A stretch of DNA of 64,000 bases, taken from contig CAWCOD010000006.1 of NCBI GenBank assembly GCA_963797055.1, positions 573,642 through 637,641 of the forward strand, read 5' to 3'. The notes under the pieces are model-generated. The model saw only the letters and a list, made by a program, of their open reading frames with translations, ran no database searches and had not been told where the DNA came from. The stretch comes from an uncultured Holophagae bacterium (GTDB taxonomy: Bacteria; Acidobacteriota; Thermoanaerobaculia; Thermoanaerobaculales; Sulfomarinibacteraceae). The position numbers were made by a program, and so were the translations under genes. Below, one piece after another: positions 12,047 through 20,466 of this stretch (within the stretch, counting starts at the first letter, position 1; the number at the start of each line of letters is the position of its first letter).

Positions 12047-12553
12047 GTGGAAGCTCCAGAGACATTTCCCATTCTGGCGGTATTTGGTGGCGGTGATGCG
12101 ACGCCCGAAGAGAGGGCTATTGCTGAGCGGGTCGGATGCCTGGCTGCCGAGCATGGATGGGTGGTGCTGACCGGGGGTGGCCCGGGCGTCATGGAAGCAG
12201 CCGCTCGCGGCGCGGTGGAAGCCGGAGGTCTCACGGTGGGAGTCCTGCCCACGGCCGCACCGTCGGGACCGTATCCGAATCGGTGGATCAGAATTCCGAT
12301 CTTCACCGGTTCCGGGATGGCGAGAAACGCGTTCAACGTGTTGTCGGCAACTTTGTGTGTGGCTATCGGGGGTGGTGCCGGGACCCTGTCCGAGGTGGCC
12401 ATGGCGCTCAAGGCCGGCATTCCCGTTTGGTGCTGCGCAAGCTGGCAATTGACATCTCCGAACGACAGGGCCCCAATGCCGCGTTTCTTCGATGATGAGG
12501 AGCTACTGCTGTCGGCGCTGGGGGAGTTTCTCCGAGAAAATCCTGCACACTGA
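12047..12553 (+). CDS. TIGR00725/LOG-like (SLOG superfamily) Rossmann protein
   Basis: ILAVFGGG...VVLTGGGPGVMEAAARGA...GVLP pattern. GTG start; there is no in-frame ATG near the N-terminus. Confidence 0.7.
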   Translation: MEAPETFPILAVFGGGDATPEERAIAERVGCLAAEHGWVVLTGGGPGVMEAAARGAVEAGGLTVGVLPTAAPSGPYPNRWIRIPIFTGSGMARNAFNVLSATLCVAIGGGAGTLSEVAMALKAGIPVWCCASWQLTSPNDRAPMPRFFDDEELLLSALGEFLRENPAH

Positions 12554-12645
12554 GCCCTTCGCTCCTCGAGCCGCCGACGGCGGGGTCCTGAGGCCTTGGG
12601 GCTCGCGCCTCACGACCTCAAGTCCTCAGGTTCCAAGACCAGCCG

Positions 12646-14724
12646 TTACTCCGCTTCCTCGTCCATCTGCCAGCGGGCTCCGACCTTGGCCAGGAAGAAG
12701 CAGGCCGCAACCAGGGCGGCAAGCCCCAGCACGCTGATGAGTTGACCGCCGAGCCCCTCGTACCATTGTGCGAACACGCCCGCACCGTTTTCAGATGCGT
12801 GGAGCACGTCCACCCAGAGCATGGGCGAGCTTAACTGGGGCAGCAGCAGGATGGCGCCGATCGTGCCGATAATGGCTGCGCCAGCCATAAGGCCGGAGGC
12901 GATCAAGGTGCCCTGTTCGGTGCGGGCCTCCCGCTCGGCTTCGGTTCGACCCGAACGACCGATGAAGTGACCGACCGCTGCACCAAAGAACACCGCCATG
13001 TTGATTTCGATGGGGAGGTACATGCCGAGCCCGAAGGCCAAAGCCGGGACCTTTGCCATCTCCAGCATGACGGCGACGATGCCGCCGAGCAGGAATAGAA
13101 TCAAAGCCTGCTGTTCTCCTCCCATAACGCTGGAGACGATCGTGGCCATGAGATTTCCCTGGGGAGCTGGCAGATCGGGGTTGACCACCATCAGCCCGGT
13201 GGCGTCCTCGATCATGAAGCCGTAGGACGTTGCAAGCACCCAGATAACGGCTCCCACACACAGCGAGGCGATCAGAATTCCGAGAAACTTCCAGCGCTCC
13301 TGCTGGTAGGGGCTGGCGCCGAGCCAGTAGCCCACCTTGAGGTCGGTGATAAACGCGCCGGACGTGGACAGCGCTGTGCACACCGCGCAGCCCACCACCA
13401 GCGCCACAGACATGCCGAGGGCGTCGCCGCTCAGGCCGGTAGCCACCAGCGCCAGACACGCGATGATCAGGGTCAGCATGGTCATTCCGGACACCGGGTT
13501 GACACCGACGATGGCGATGGCGCGGGCAGCCACCGGCGTAAAGAGGAAGGCGAGGACAAAGGTAATGATCGTGCCCACCAGCGCGGTACTGATCTGACCG
13601 CTGATGTACCAGAAGAGCAGGAACATGCTGACCACCGCTCCGATCTGGATGAGAAAGGTGTTTCTGGGAGGCATGTCTCGATCGGTGCGGACGGTGTCGC
13701 CGCCGTCGCCGCCACCAACAAGTCCCTTGAACGCCAAGGAGAGTGACGAAACGATGATTTTCCACATCTTCAAGATGCCGATGATCCCGGCAAAGGCGAT
13801 ACAGCCGATGCCCATCGGCCGGACGTAGTTGCCAAAAATCTGGGCCGCGTCCATGTCGGCCACGAGCACCGCGACCTCTGGAGGGGTCAGCGGCACAGTG
13901 AGGCCGTGTCCGGCAAAGTAGACAAGCGGCACCAGCACCAGCATGGACAGGACCGACCCGGCCGCGATGATGCCGGCATATCGCACTCCGATGATGTAGC
14001 CGAGACCAAAGTACACCGCCGTTGCGTTGAGTTTGATCTCGAATCGCATGTCGGCCATGCGTTCACCAAAGGAACCGAAGAGAACCTTGGAGTTGAGGTG
14101 GTGGTTCCACAGGTGGAGGAACTCCACGATCAGGTCGTAGATGAAGCCGATGCCGAATGCCATCAGCAGGACCTTGCCCGCTGAACCCTTGGACTTTTCT
14201 CCGGTCGCGAGGACGTTGGCAATGGCCGTACCCTCGGGGAATGGAAGTTGGCCGTGGAGGTCTTTGACGAAGTACCTGCGGAGGGGAATCAGGAGGACCA
14301 CGCCAAGGTAACCGCCGCACAGACAGGAAAGAAAGATCTGCAGAAACGACGGTTTCAGATCGAGGATATACAACGCGGGGATCGTGAAGATCGCACCGGC
14401 GACGACGACTCCAGCAGCCTGGCCGATGGACTGGATGATGACATTTTCCAAAAGGCTGCTGCGGCGTCGGAACAAGGTTCCGAGGAAGACGGCCAGGATC
14501 GCAATCGGTATAGAGGTTTCGATCACGTTTCCGGTCTTGAGTCCGATGTATGCGGCGGCGAAGGTGAATATCACCACCATGATGACGCCGATGGTTACGG
14601 ATCGAACCGAGACCTCGGGTCGCTGATCCTCGGGTGGAACCACCGGGGTGTAGACCTCGCCCGGCTCGAGCTCGCGGAACGCGTTGGCTGGCAGGACCTT
14701 TCCGGCATCTGATTTGGATTCCAT
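12646..14724 (-). CDS. OPT-family oligopeptide transporter
   Basis: About 690 aa and polytopic. N-terminus ...FRELEPGEVYTPVVP...SVRSVTIGVIM... is typical of bacterial OPT proteins. Start moved to ATG 14724, outside the repeat array. Confidence 0.88.
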   Translation of the reverse strand: MESKSDAGKVLPANAFRELEPGEVYTPVVPPEDQRPEVSVRSVTIGVIMVVIFTFAAAYIGLKTGNVIETSIPIAILAVFLGTLFRRRSSLLENVIIQSIGQAAGVVVAGAIFTIPALYILDLKPSFLQIFLSCLCGGYLGVVLLIPLRRYFVKDLHGQLPFPEGTAIANVLATGEKSKGSAGKVLLMAFGIGFIYDLIVEFLHLWNHHLNSKVLFGSFGERMADMRFEIKLNATAVYFGLGYIIGVRYAGIIAAGSVLSMLVLVPLVYFAGHGLTVPLTPPEVAVLVADMDAAQIFGNYVRPMGIGCIAFAGIIGILKMWKIIVSSLSLAFKGLVGGGDGGDTVRTDRDMPPRNTFLIQIGAVVSMFLLFWYISGQISTALVGTIITFVLAFLFTPVAARAIAIVGVNPVSGMTMLTLIIACLALVATGLSGDALGMSVALVVGCAVCTALSTSGAFITDLKVGYWLGASPYQQERWKFLGILIASLCVGAVIWVLATSYGFMIEDATGLMVVNPDLPAPQGNLMATIVSSVMGGEQQALILFLLGGIVAVMLEMAKVPALAFGLGMYLPIEINMAVFFGAAVGHFIGRSGRTEAEREARTEQGTLIASGLMAGAAIIGTIGAILLLPQLSSPMLWVDVLHASENGAGVFAQWYEGLGGQLISVLGLAALVAACFFLAKVGARWQMDEEAE

Positions 14725-14751
14725 GGATCGCCCTCCTCGTCGCGGAAGTGT

Positions 14752-14835
14752 AGCAGGGAGGAGGGAACACGGAGCAGGGAGCAGGGAGCAAGCAATTCGA
14801 AATTCGAAATTCGCAATTCGCAATTCGTAATTTCT
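14752..14835. repeat. 12 in-register heptamers switching from AGCAGGG-type (6 units) to AATTCGN-type (6 units)
   Basis: Read directly. Lies 28 nt upstream of the OPT start. Confidence 0.95.
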
Positions 14836-14947
14836 TCCTCACCCTCACCCGTCATCGTCGCCGTTACCGATGACTCGGATCCAGGAATTCAGGAGAACGA
14901 TCCGTCTGGCATCTCGCATCTTGAACCCGGTTGGGAGGGAGGGGGCG

Positions 14948-14976
14948 AAAAAACTCCCGACGACGACCGCCGGGAG
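14948..14976 (-). terminator. Rho-independent terminator after the DUF4097-like gene
   Basis: Minus strand reads CTCCCG-11 nt loop-CGGGAG followed by T6. Confidence 0.8.
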
Positions 14977-15001
14977 CTGCCGCAGAACGAGGTAGCGCGG
15001 G

Positions 15002-15697
15002 TTAGTCCAGGATGATCTTGGCGTCTCCCACGCCCACCTCGAGCTCGATTGTGTGAGGCCCGCCCCCCTGCCAGCTGGAGGAGTGGCTGACGAACCCTTC
15101 GCCGGTGATCACGTCGCCATCCGCCTCGATGACGGCGCCCCCAACGCCCCCGGCGGCGTCGGCCGATAGGAAGGCACCCGCGGGCCCTCGAACGGTCCCG
15201 TCGCCCACGCCGACGCTGACGCTGACATTTCCGCCGAGAACCACCACCGAAACGGTGCCGACGCCCACCTCCATCTCGACGCCGCCGGCGCTTCCGGTAA
15301 CGTCCACGTCACCGACGCCCTGTTCCAGACTCAACGCGAGTCGCGAGGGAGCGGTCACGCGCCATTGGGCTTCAAATCGCGGTTCACTGGAACCGGCGTC
15401 CAATTCCAACCGGAGAGTCTGTTGGCCCACATCGCTGACGAGAGTTGCGTTCTTAACATCCTCTTCCGCCTGTTTCATGGATGAGAAGATCCCACCCCGT
15501 CGCGGCGTCAGCGTGATCTGAACCCGAATGTCGTTCGTGTCGCCGGCTTCAAGATCGAAGTCGCCAACCCCGTTTGAAATATTGAGGACGTCGACCTGAT
15601 CGGCTGGAAATGACGCCTCTATGGTTCGCTCGCCGGCAAATCCGGGGGCGGAACTGACGATAATGGCGATGCAGACGAGAAGGCTTCCGATTCGCAT
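15002..15697 (-). CDS. Secreted beta-rich protein, DUF4097/putative-adhesin-like
   Basis: Signal peptide MRIGSLLVCIAIIVSSAPGFA. Repeated GVGD/VGVG beta-strand motifs. Start moved to ATG 15697. Confidence 0.7.
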   Translation of the reverse strand: MRIGSLLVCIAIIVSSAPGFAGERTIEASFPADQVDVLNISNGVGDFDLEAGDTNDIRVQITLTPRRGGIFSSMKQAEEDVKNATLVSDVGQQTLRLELDAGSSEPRFEAQWRVTAPSRLALSLEQGVGDVDVTGSAGGVEMEVGVGTVSVVVLGGNVSVSVGVGDGTVRGPAGAFLSADAAGGVGGAVIEADGDVITGEGFVSHSSSWQGGGPHTIELEVGVGDAKIILD

Positions 15698-15791
15698 GTG
15701 TCCTCCATTGAGGTGGCCGTGACTTCCGATCTCACATCGTAGAACGGAGAACGGGGGAAAAGGTTCGCGCGGTGGGTCCGGGAGATTGGCC

Positions 15792-16796
15792 TCAGTCGGG
15801 AAAACGAAGAACCGTGCCCGGTCTCTTCGGCCCGTGCGGTCCGTCCTCGTCCAGCCGCGGGTTCGACTCGGCACCAAAGGCCCTGCGGGCGAAACCCGGG
15901 TCGAGGTCCCCCAGGTAACGACGGATCCGTGACAGCGCCGAGCGAACGGTCGACGGATTGGCGGCGGCAGCACGAGCCACTTTCGTGGCCGACGGATGGT
16001 GTCCTTCGAGCTCCAGGATTGCAGTGACGACGGCTGCTCCCCAGGGTTCCGGAGTCTGGATTCGTATGGGATGACGGGCACTGAAGCTGCGCCACAGCCG
16101 GCGTGCGGCCAGGACGGTGAGGTCGGAGAAGTCCAGGACGTTGCCGCACCGCAAGATCACTTCGTCCACCTCGGCGGCGACGCCGTCCACATCCTCCAGG
16201 GATTGCCGCCAGCTCTCGTGCAGACGATTCTCGGCCCGGCGCCGACTCCATTCCCGACTGATGGAATCGTGGGTTTCGAGCAGCAGGAGCGAGTCGGGAT
16301 AACGTCCGATCCCTTCTTCCAGAACGGCCTCTGCCTCGATCCAGCGACCCACGGTGGCGAGGAGGTTGGCCCGGAGTCCCACCAGAAAGACCTGCATGTC
16401 TTCGGGAACCTGAACCGACGGAGCGACCCGGTCGAGAATTTCGAGAGCCTCCGGCAGTCGACCCTGGTCGGCGAGCAGCATGACCAGTTGAATCGGAATG
16501 TGGATCGCCTCCGGGAAGAGTTCGGTCCCCATGGTGAGGTACTTTTCGGCGCGTTCGTCCTCGCCCACAGCATTCAAGGCCGTGGCCATGAGGTGGCAGG
16601 CATGGGGTGACGAGTTGAGGTCCCAGGAATCCGATGCGGCGGTCAGAGCCCGATCCGGACAGCCCATGGAGAGCAGCGCCTGGGCTTTCCAGATCAGGAG
16701 TTGCGATTCGAGGTGGGCGTGGCCCCGCGCCCGCGTCAGGGAGCGTTCGACCTCGGTCAGGACCTTTCGATGGCGGCCCTGTTGGCTCAATTCCAA
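15792..16796 (-). CDS. TPR-like helical repeat protein with C-terminal helix-turn-helix-like segment; start uncertain
   Basis: Helical repeats. C-terminal SATKVARAAAANPSTVRSALSRIRRYL. There is no in-frame ATG between the helical-repeat domain and the repeat block. TTG at 16796 has GGAG 6 nt upstream. Confidence 0.5.
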   Translation of the reverse strand: MELSQQGRHRKVLTEVERSLTRARGHAHLESQLLIWKAQALLSMGCPDRALTAASDSWDLNSSPHACHLMATALNAVGEDERAEKYLTMGTELFPEAIHIPIQLVMLLADQGRLPEALEILDRVAPSVQVPEDMQVFLVGLRANLLATVGRWIEAEAVLEEGIGRYPDSLLLLETHDSISREWSRRRAENRLHESWRQSLEDVDGVAAEVDEVILRCGNVLDFSDLTVLAARRLWRSFSARHPIRIQTPEPWGAAVVTAILELEGHHPSATKVARAAAANPSTVRSALSRIRRYLGDLDPGFARRAFGAESNPRLDEDGPHGPKRPGTVLRFPD

Positions 16797-16884
16797 GCAG
16801 CGCTCCAGCGACCGCTGTATGCGGCCTTCGAGTTCACCATCGGAGATCCCGGGGTGTGCCGGACATGGCGTTAGGTTAGCAGGA

Positions 16885-17059
16885 AACAGGGGACAGGGGA
16901 CAGGGAGCGGGCCCCGCCCGCCCGGATGCAAGATGCAAGATGCAGGATCCCCCGCCCACCCGAGCCCGATCCCGAGCCCGAGCCCGTTACCGTTACCGTT
17001 ACCGAACGAAGAACCAAGCACGAAGAACGAAGAACGAAGAACGAAACCACCCACCCACC
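16885..17059. repeat. Composite array: 11 heptamers (ACAGGG-, TGCAAGA-type plus C-tract boxes), 7 hexamers (GAGCCC x4, GTTACC x3), 8 heptamers (GAACGAA-type, ACCCACC)
   Basis: Register counted base by base: 16885-16961, 16962-17003, 17004-17059. Confidence 0.9.
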
Positions 17060-17217
17060 CGGGTCGTGAAAGGGCACGATGGGTGGGCGTGAAGCTCTGA
17101 TGATTTTGGAAGAGCATTATCAGCGGTGGGGGTCCTTCGTTGCACCCCGGTTCTTCGTCGCGCTTCTCGTGAGGATGCCAGGCACCGACATGGAGATCGG
17201 AATGCGAGGGTGGAAAT

Positions 17218-17440
17218 CTGCCGGCGGCAGCGGCCAGGACGAGGGCGGGCAACCGGTGTCCGGGGCAGATGGCGGCATCGGTGATGAGCGGCCGCAATCC
17301 GGGGCAACCCCAACTGCCCCTGATGACTGTCGCCGCTCGCTGTCCCCAGCCGCTGTCCCTGTACGCTGCCGCTGCCTCTCGGGCATCGCAAGGAGACGGA
17401 AACGCAGACACCCCACCTCACGCTTTCCCGGATGAAGCAA
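17218..17440 (+). repeat. Dispersed repeat family 1, copy A (about 220 nt)
   Basis: Shares ordered blocks with 23074-23374: GCAACCGGTGTCCG, GCATCGGTGAT, CCGCAATC, CTGCCCCTGATGACTGTC, GCCTCTCGGGC, GGAGACGG, GACACCCCAC, TTCCCGGATGAA. Confidence 0.85.
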
Positions 17441-17443
17441 ACC

Positions 17444-17472
17444 AAAAAACCCCGCCCACCGGGTGAGCGGGG
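17444..17472 (-). terminator. Rho-independent terminator of the Trp-rich protein gene
   Basis: Minus strand reads CCCCGCUCAC-CCG-GUGGGCGGGG followed by U6. Confidence 0.85.
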
Positions 17473-17484
17473 AGAGGAGGGGCT

Positions 17485-17514
17485 GCCCGAGCCCGAGCCC
17501 GTTACCGTTGCCGG
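17485..17514. repeat. Hexamer array (GCCCGA x2, GCCCGT, TACCGT, TGCCGG), including a 24-nt direct repeat of 16971-16994
   Basis: CCCGAGCCCGAGCCCGTTACCGTT is identical at 16971-16994 and 17486-17509. It overlaps the stop and last codons of the upstream gene. Confidence 0.9.
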
Positions 17515-18968
17515 GACGTGTGAGTTGTGTTTTCGCGTGACCGTTGGGAATTCCCCGACCTGGATCGTTCCGTTGCCGGTTTGGAAGATCGGCCGGACTT
17601 CGTGCTGACTTTGGCTTGTGTTCGAGGCACTGAGCGATTTCGATCGACATTGTCCTCTGCTTTCGCACCCCGACTTCTCGTGGGATCATTCGTGGCCACC
17701 ATCCGGGACGGCTTGTCGTGTCTGACACTGTGGGCGGTGGCGTCAGACCGAGCGGATGATGGGACAATGCGGAGGTCGGGCCGCTGTGAGGCAGGCTTTG
17801 ACGTGGCGGCCCGCTTCGAAGAACTGGAACGTTTTTCTGAAGCACTCGCTCTGGCTGTGGACGCGGACCGCCGTACGCCATCGGTGGGTTGCTTCACCGC
17901 TATCCGGGGTGTTGCTCGAGTTGAGTTCTTGGTGGCGGATTCACGCACCTCGCTGGCACTGCCACGAGCGGCCCTTGTCGTCCGGGGCGGGGTTGAGCCG
18001 CGGTCGTTCGAGACCGAGTGGGTTGAAACTCGCCCACGAGTGGATTGCTTCTGCACGGCGGCCCTTCCCTGAGTTGCCAGGGCCCGCTCCACGGTGCGTC
18101 CGCCGTGCCGTTGGACCATGTCGTGGACTCCACTGGGACGGGCGATCAATACCTCCCGGCTATCGACCCGGACGGTTCGCGTTTCCATGGTTTTCTCGGG
18201 TAGGACAACGCCCCTCCGGGCGAGCGTGGGTCGGTCGGGGACTCCCGTCACGATCCGAGGCTGGGCCCCGGCTGAAGCCCGCACAGTTGATGCGGTCACG
18301 GCGTGTTTGGAGAGATCTTCGGCTCCGAAGTTGTTCCACTGAGAATAGGTGGCGTAGCGGGCGTCGTTCCACCCCGACCAGTAGCCGTTGTCGTAACCCC
18401 CACGGTAACCGTTCTGATAACCGCGACGGTAGCCGTGGTCGTACCCTCTCCCATACCCCATGGCAGCGTGACTCCATCCCGGCGGAGGGCAGGCGTACCA
18501 GCCCACGTACCCGCCCGCGGTCACCCAGGTGACGTTGGCGGGCCGGTAGGTGTAACCGGGCACCCAGACCCAGCCCTGATGGCTCATGGCCCAATGGCCG
18601 AAGTGGTGGGGAAAGAACCCCCAGGGCTCATAGGCCACCCACGTCCAACCGTATGATGACCACACCCAGCGGCCATGGGTGTACGGGCGCCATCCAACCG
18701 CCACCATGGGACGCCAGCACTGACCCAGACCATCAACCCAGACCCAGTTGCCATAGCCGGACAGTGCGACGTGATAGTCCACCTGCCAGTTGGGGTTGGA
18801 CCAGGACGATCCATAGACCGCCCAGTTGTTGGAGCCGAAGGCGATGGAAAGACCGCCGCTGCCGACCTGCACGCCAAACCACTCGGCGCCGCGGGCCGGG
18901 GCCGCGAGCAGGGTCAGGGTCAGAACAATCGCAATGGCGTAGAGGACTCTGCGTGCGCGTTGTTTCAT
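17502..18968 (-). CDS. Secreted Trp/Gly/Tyr-rich protein (DUF6600-like N-domain) with a long basic Ser/Arg/Thr-rich tail
   Basis: Signal peptide ...LLAAPARGAEW. Motifs YEPWGFFPHHFGHW and GWVWVPGYTY. The C-terminal ~200 aa are low complexity. Start moved to ATG 18968. Confidence 0.75.
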   Translation of the reverse strand: MKQRARRVLYAIAIVLTLTLLAAPARGAEWFGVQVGSGGLSIAFGSNNWAVYGSSWSNPNWQVDYHVALSGYGNWVWVDGLGQCWRPMVAVGWRPYTHGRWVWSSYGWTWVAYEPWGFFPHHFGHWAMSHQGWVWVPGYTYRPANVTWVTAGGYVGWYACPPPGWSHAAMGYGRGYDHGYRRGYQNGYRGGYDNGYWSGWNDARYATYSQWNNFGAEDLSKHAVTASTVRASAGAQPRIVTGVPDRPTLARRGVVLPEKTMETRTVRVDSREVLIARPSGVHDMVQRHGGRTVERALATQGRAAVQKQSTRGRVSTHSVSNDRGSTPPRTTRAARGSASEVRESATKNSTRATPRIAVKQPTDGVRRSASTARASASEKRSSSSKRAATSKPASQRPDLRIVPSSARSDATAHSVRHDKPSRMVATNDPTRSRGAKAEDNVDRNRSVPRTQAKVSTKSGRSSKPATERSRSGNSQRSRENTTHTSRQR

Positions 18969-19156
18969 GGCGACCTCCCCGGGGCCGTGTTCTGTGGGCC
19001 CCGACCCTTTCAGGAGCAAGCCTCATGCCACGGGCGGATCGAGGGTTCGAGAGGGGCGTTCACAGAAGGATTTCGAGTCAACACGCCGATGATCCGATCG
19101 GACCCACTCGAACAATTTATGTCCTCTTGAGAGGACGGGCCATCGAGGCGCTTGAG

Positions 19157-20257
19157 TCAGGACCGCCGGTAGAGGAAGGCGCAGTCCTGGAGGACTGGCT
19201 CGGTGCCGGACCGGCCGACCGCATAGCGGCCACCCGACCACAACGAAGCCCCTCCGGTTTCGCCTTTCCCGTTGACCGCATAGAACTTGACGTCAAACGT
19301 CGGTCGTCCGTGGTCGTCCAGAAGGTACGAGACCTTGGTGGCGCGGACGAGGCGCTCCAACGCGCCGAGGCAGGCATCGGTGGGCGAGGACCCGTTGCGC
19401 ATGAACTCGATAACGGTGTGGGCGCCCGCGATCTGGATCACCGACTCGCCGCGCCCGGTGGAACCGGCGGCGCCGACCCCGTCTTCGACGAAGAGGCCGG
19501 CTCCGATCAGCGGGGAGTCGCCGACACGCCCGGGAATCTTGAAGAACAGGCCCGACGTGGTGGTTGTGCCGCCCAGATCACCGGCTGAGTTGACTGCACA
19601 GAGATTGATGGTCCCGGTGGGTCGGACCGCTCCGAACTTCTCGATGAACCAGGCCACGTCAGGGTCGTCAACCTGCCCCGGAGCCGGAATCCAATCGTCG
19701 GCGTCGGACATGTTCGCCTTCCAGTAGAGCCAGATCTTGCGGGCGCGCTCGGTCAGGAGGTCTTCCTCTTCGAAACCTATGGTGCTGGCGAACCGGGCGG
19801 CACCCTCACCGACCAACAGCACTCTGGTGGTGCGGCGCATCACCTCGAGTGCGACTCGGGCCGGGTGCCGGAACCCCTCGAGCGCCGCCACCGCGCCGGC
19901 GCGCATGGTGGTTCCGTCCATGCAACAGGCGTCCAATTGGACGACCCCTTCCGAATTTGGCAGACCGCCGAAGCCGACGGTGACGTCCTTCGGGTCTGCC
20001 TCGACGATGCCCACACCAGCCACCGCCGCTTCCACCGGTGGCAGCCCGGCATCCATATCGTGAACGGCGCGTCGCACGGCCTCGAGACCGTTTGCCGAGG
20101 CCACCGCAACGGCGGGGGTCCGGATGGTCTGATCCTGGGCTCGGAGTTGAGAACCGGTGGCGAGTCCTGCGAGCGCGGCGGTTCCGGCGGCAACCACCTC
20201 ACGGCGGGTGGGACCCGATGCAACGGATGGTCCTGCGGAGGGCTTTTCGTATGACAT
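19157..20257 (-). CDS. Ntn-hydrolase of the asparaginase-2 family (isoaspartyl peptidase / glycosylasparaginase-like) with Tat-type signal
   Basis: TRREVVAAGTAALAGLA signal. The autoprocessing region ...GGTTTTSGLFFKIPGRVGDSPLIGAG... is typical of the family. Confidence 0.85.
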   Translation of the reverse strand: MSYEKPSAGPSVASGPTRREVVAAGTAALAGLATGSQLRAQDQTIRTPAVAVASANGLEAVRRAVHDMDAGLPPVEAAVAGVGIVEADPKDVTVGFGGLPNSEGVVQLDACCMDGTTMRAGAVAALEGFRHPARVALEVMRRTTRVLLVGEGAARFASTIGFEEEDLLTERARKIWLYWKANMSDADDWIPAPGQVDDPDVAWFIEKFGAVRPTGTINLCAVNSAGDLGGTTTTSGLFFKIPGRVGDSPLIGAGLFVEDGVGAAGSTGRGESVIQIAGAHTVIEFMRNGSSPTDACLGALERLVRATKVSYLLDDHGRPTFDVKFYAVNGKGETGGASLWSGGRYAVGRSGTEPVLQDCAFLYRRS

Positions 20258-20466
20258 GCGTCATGGTGGGCGTTCACGGTGAGTCGTGTCAAGGTTCCTT
20301 GGGGGTTTGGGAACAGGGTTTGCATTGTTATTCCGGACCAATCGAACAGGTTGGTGGAACGGCGGCCATGGTCTACCATGAAGATAGAGCGAAATTCCGG
20401 GTTTCGCAGTGCGTCGATGGTGCCGGGGGCCGGTGCCGGAAAGGGACGCCGAGGTCTGGAAGATGG

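Noticed and set aside
16797-17411. N-terminal extension of ORF 15792-17411 (539 aa) through the repeat block
   Set aside because: The extension would be encoded by hexamer and heptamer arrays (GNGNGNGLGLGIGLG, FVLRSSFFVLGSSF) and by repeat family 1. It is not credible as protein.
20038-20466. Long N-terminal extensions in the ORF track (pcm 20038, actB 36119, DUF362 29786, guaB 5277, DUF4097-like to 16081, M23 1386)
   Set aside because: The extensions overlap neighbouring genes or spacers and lack family similarity. Internal ATG or GTG codons with Shine-Dalgarno-like sequences or stop/start coupling give canonical N-termini.
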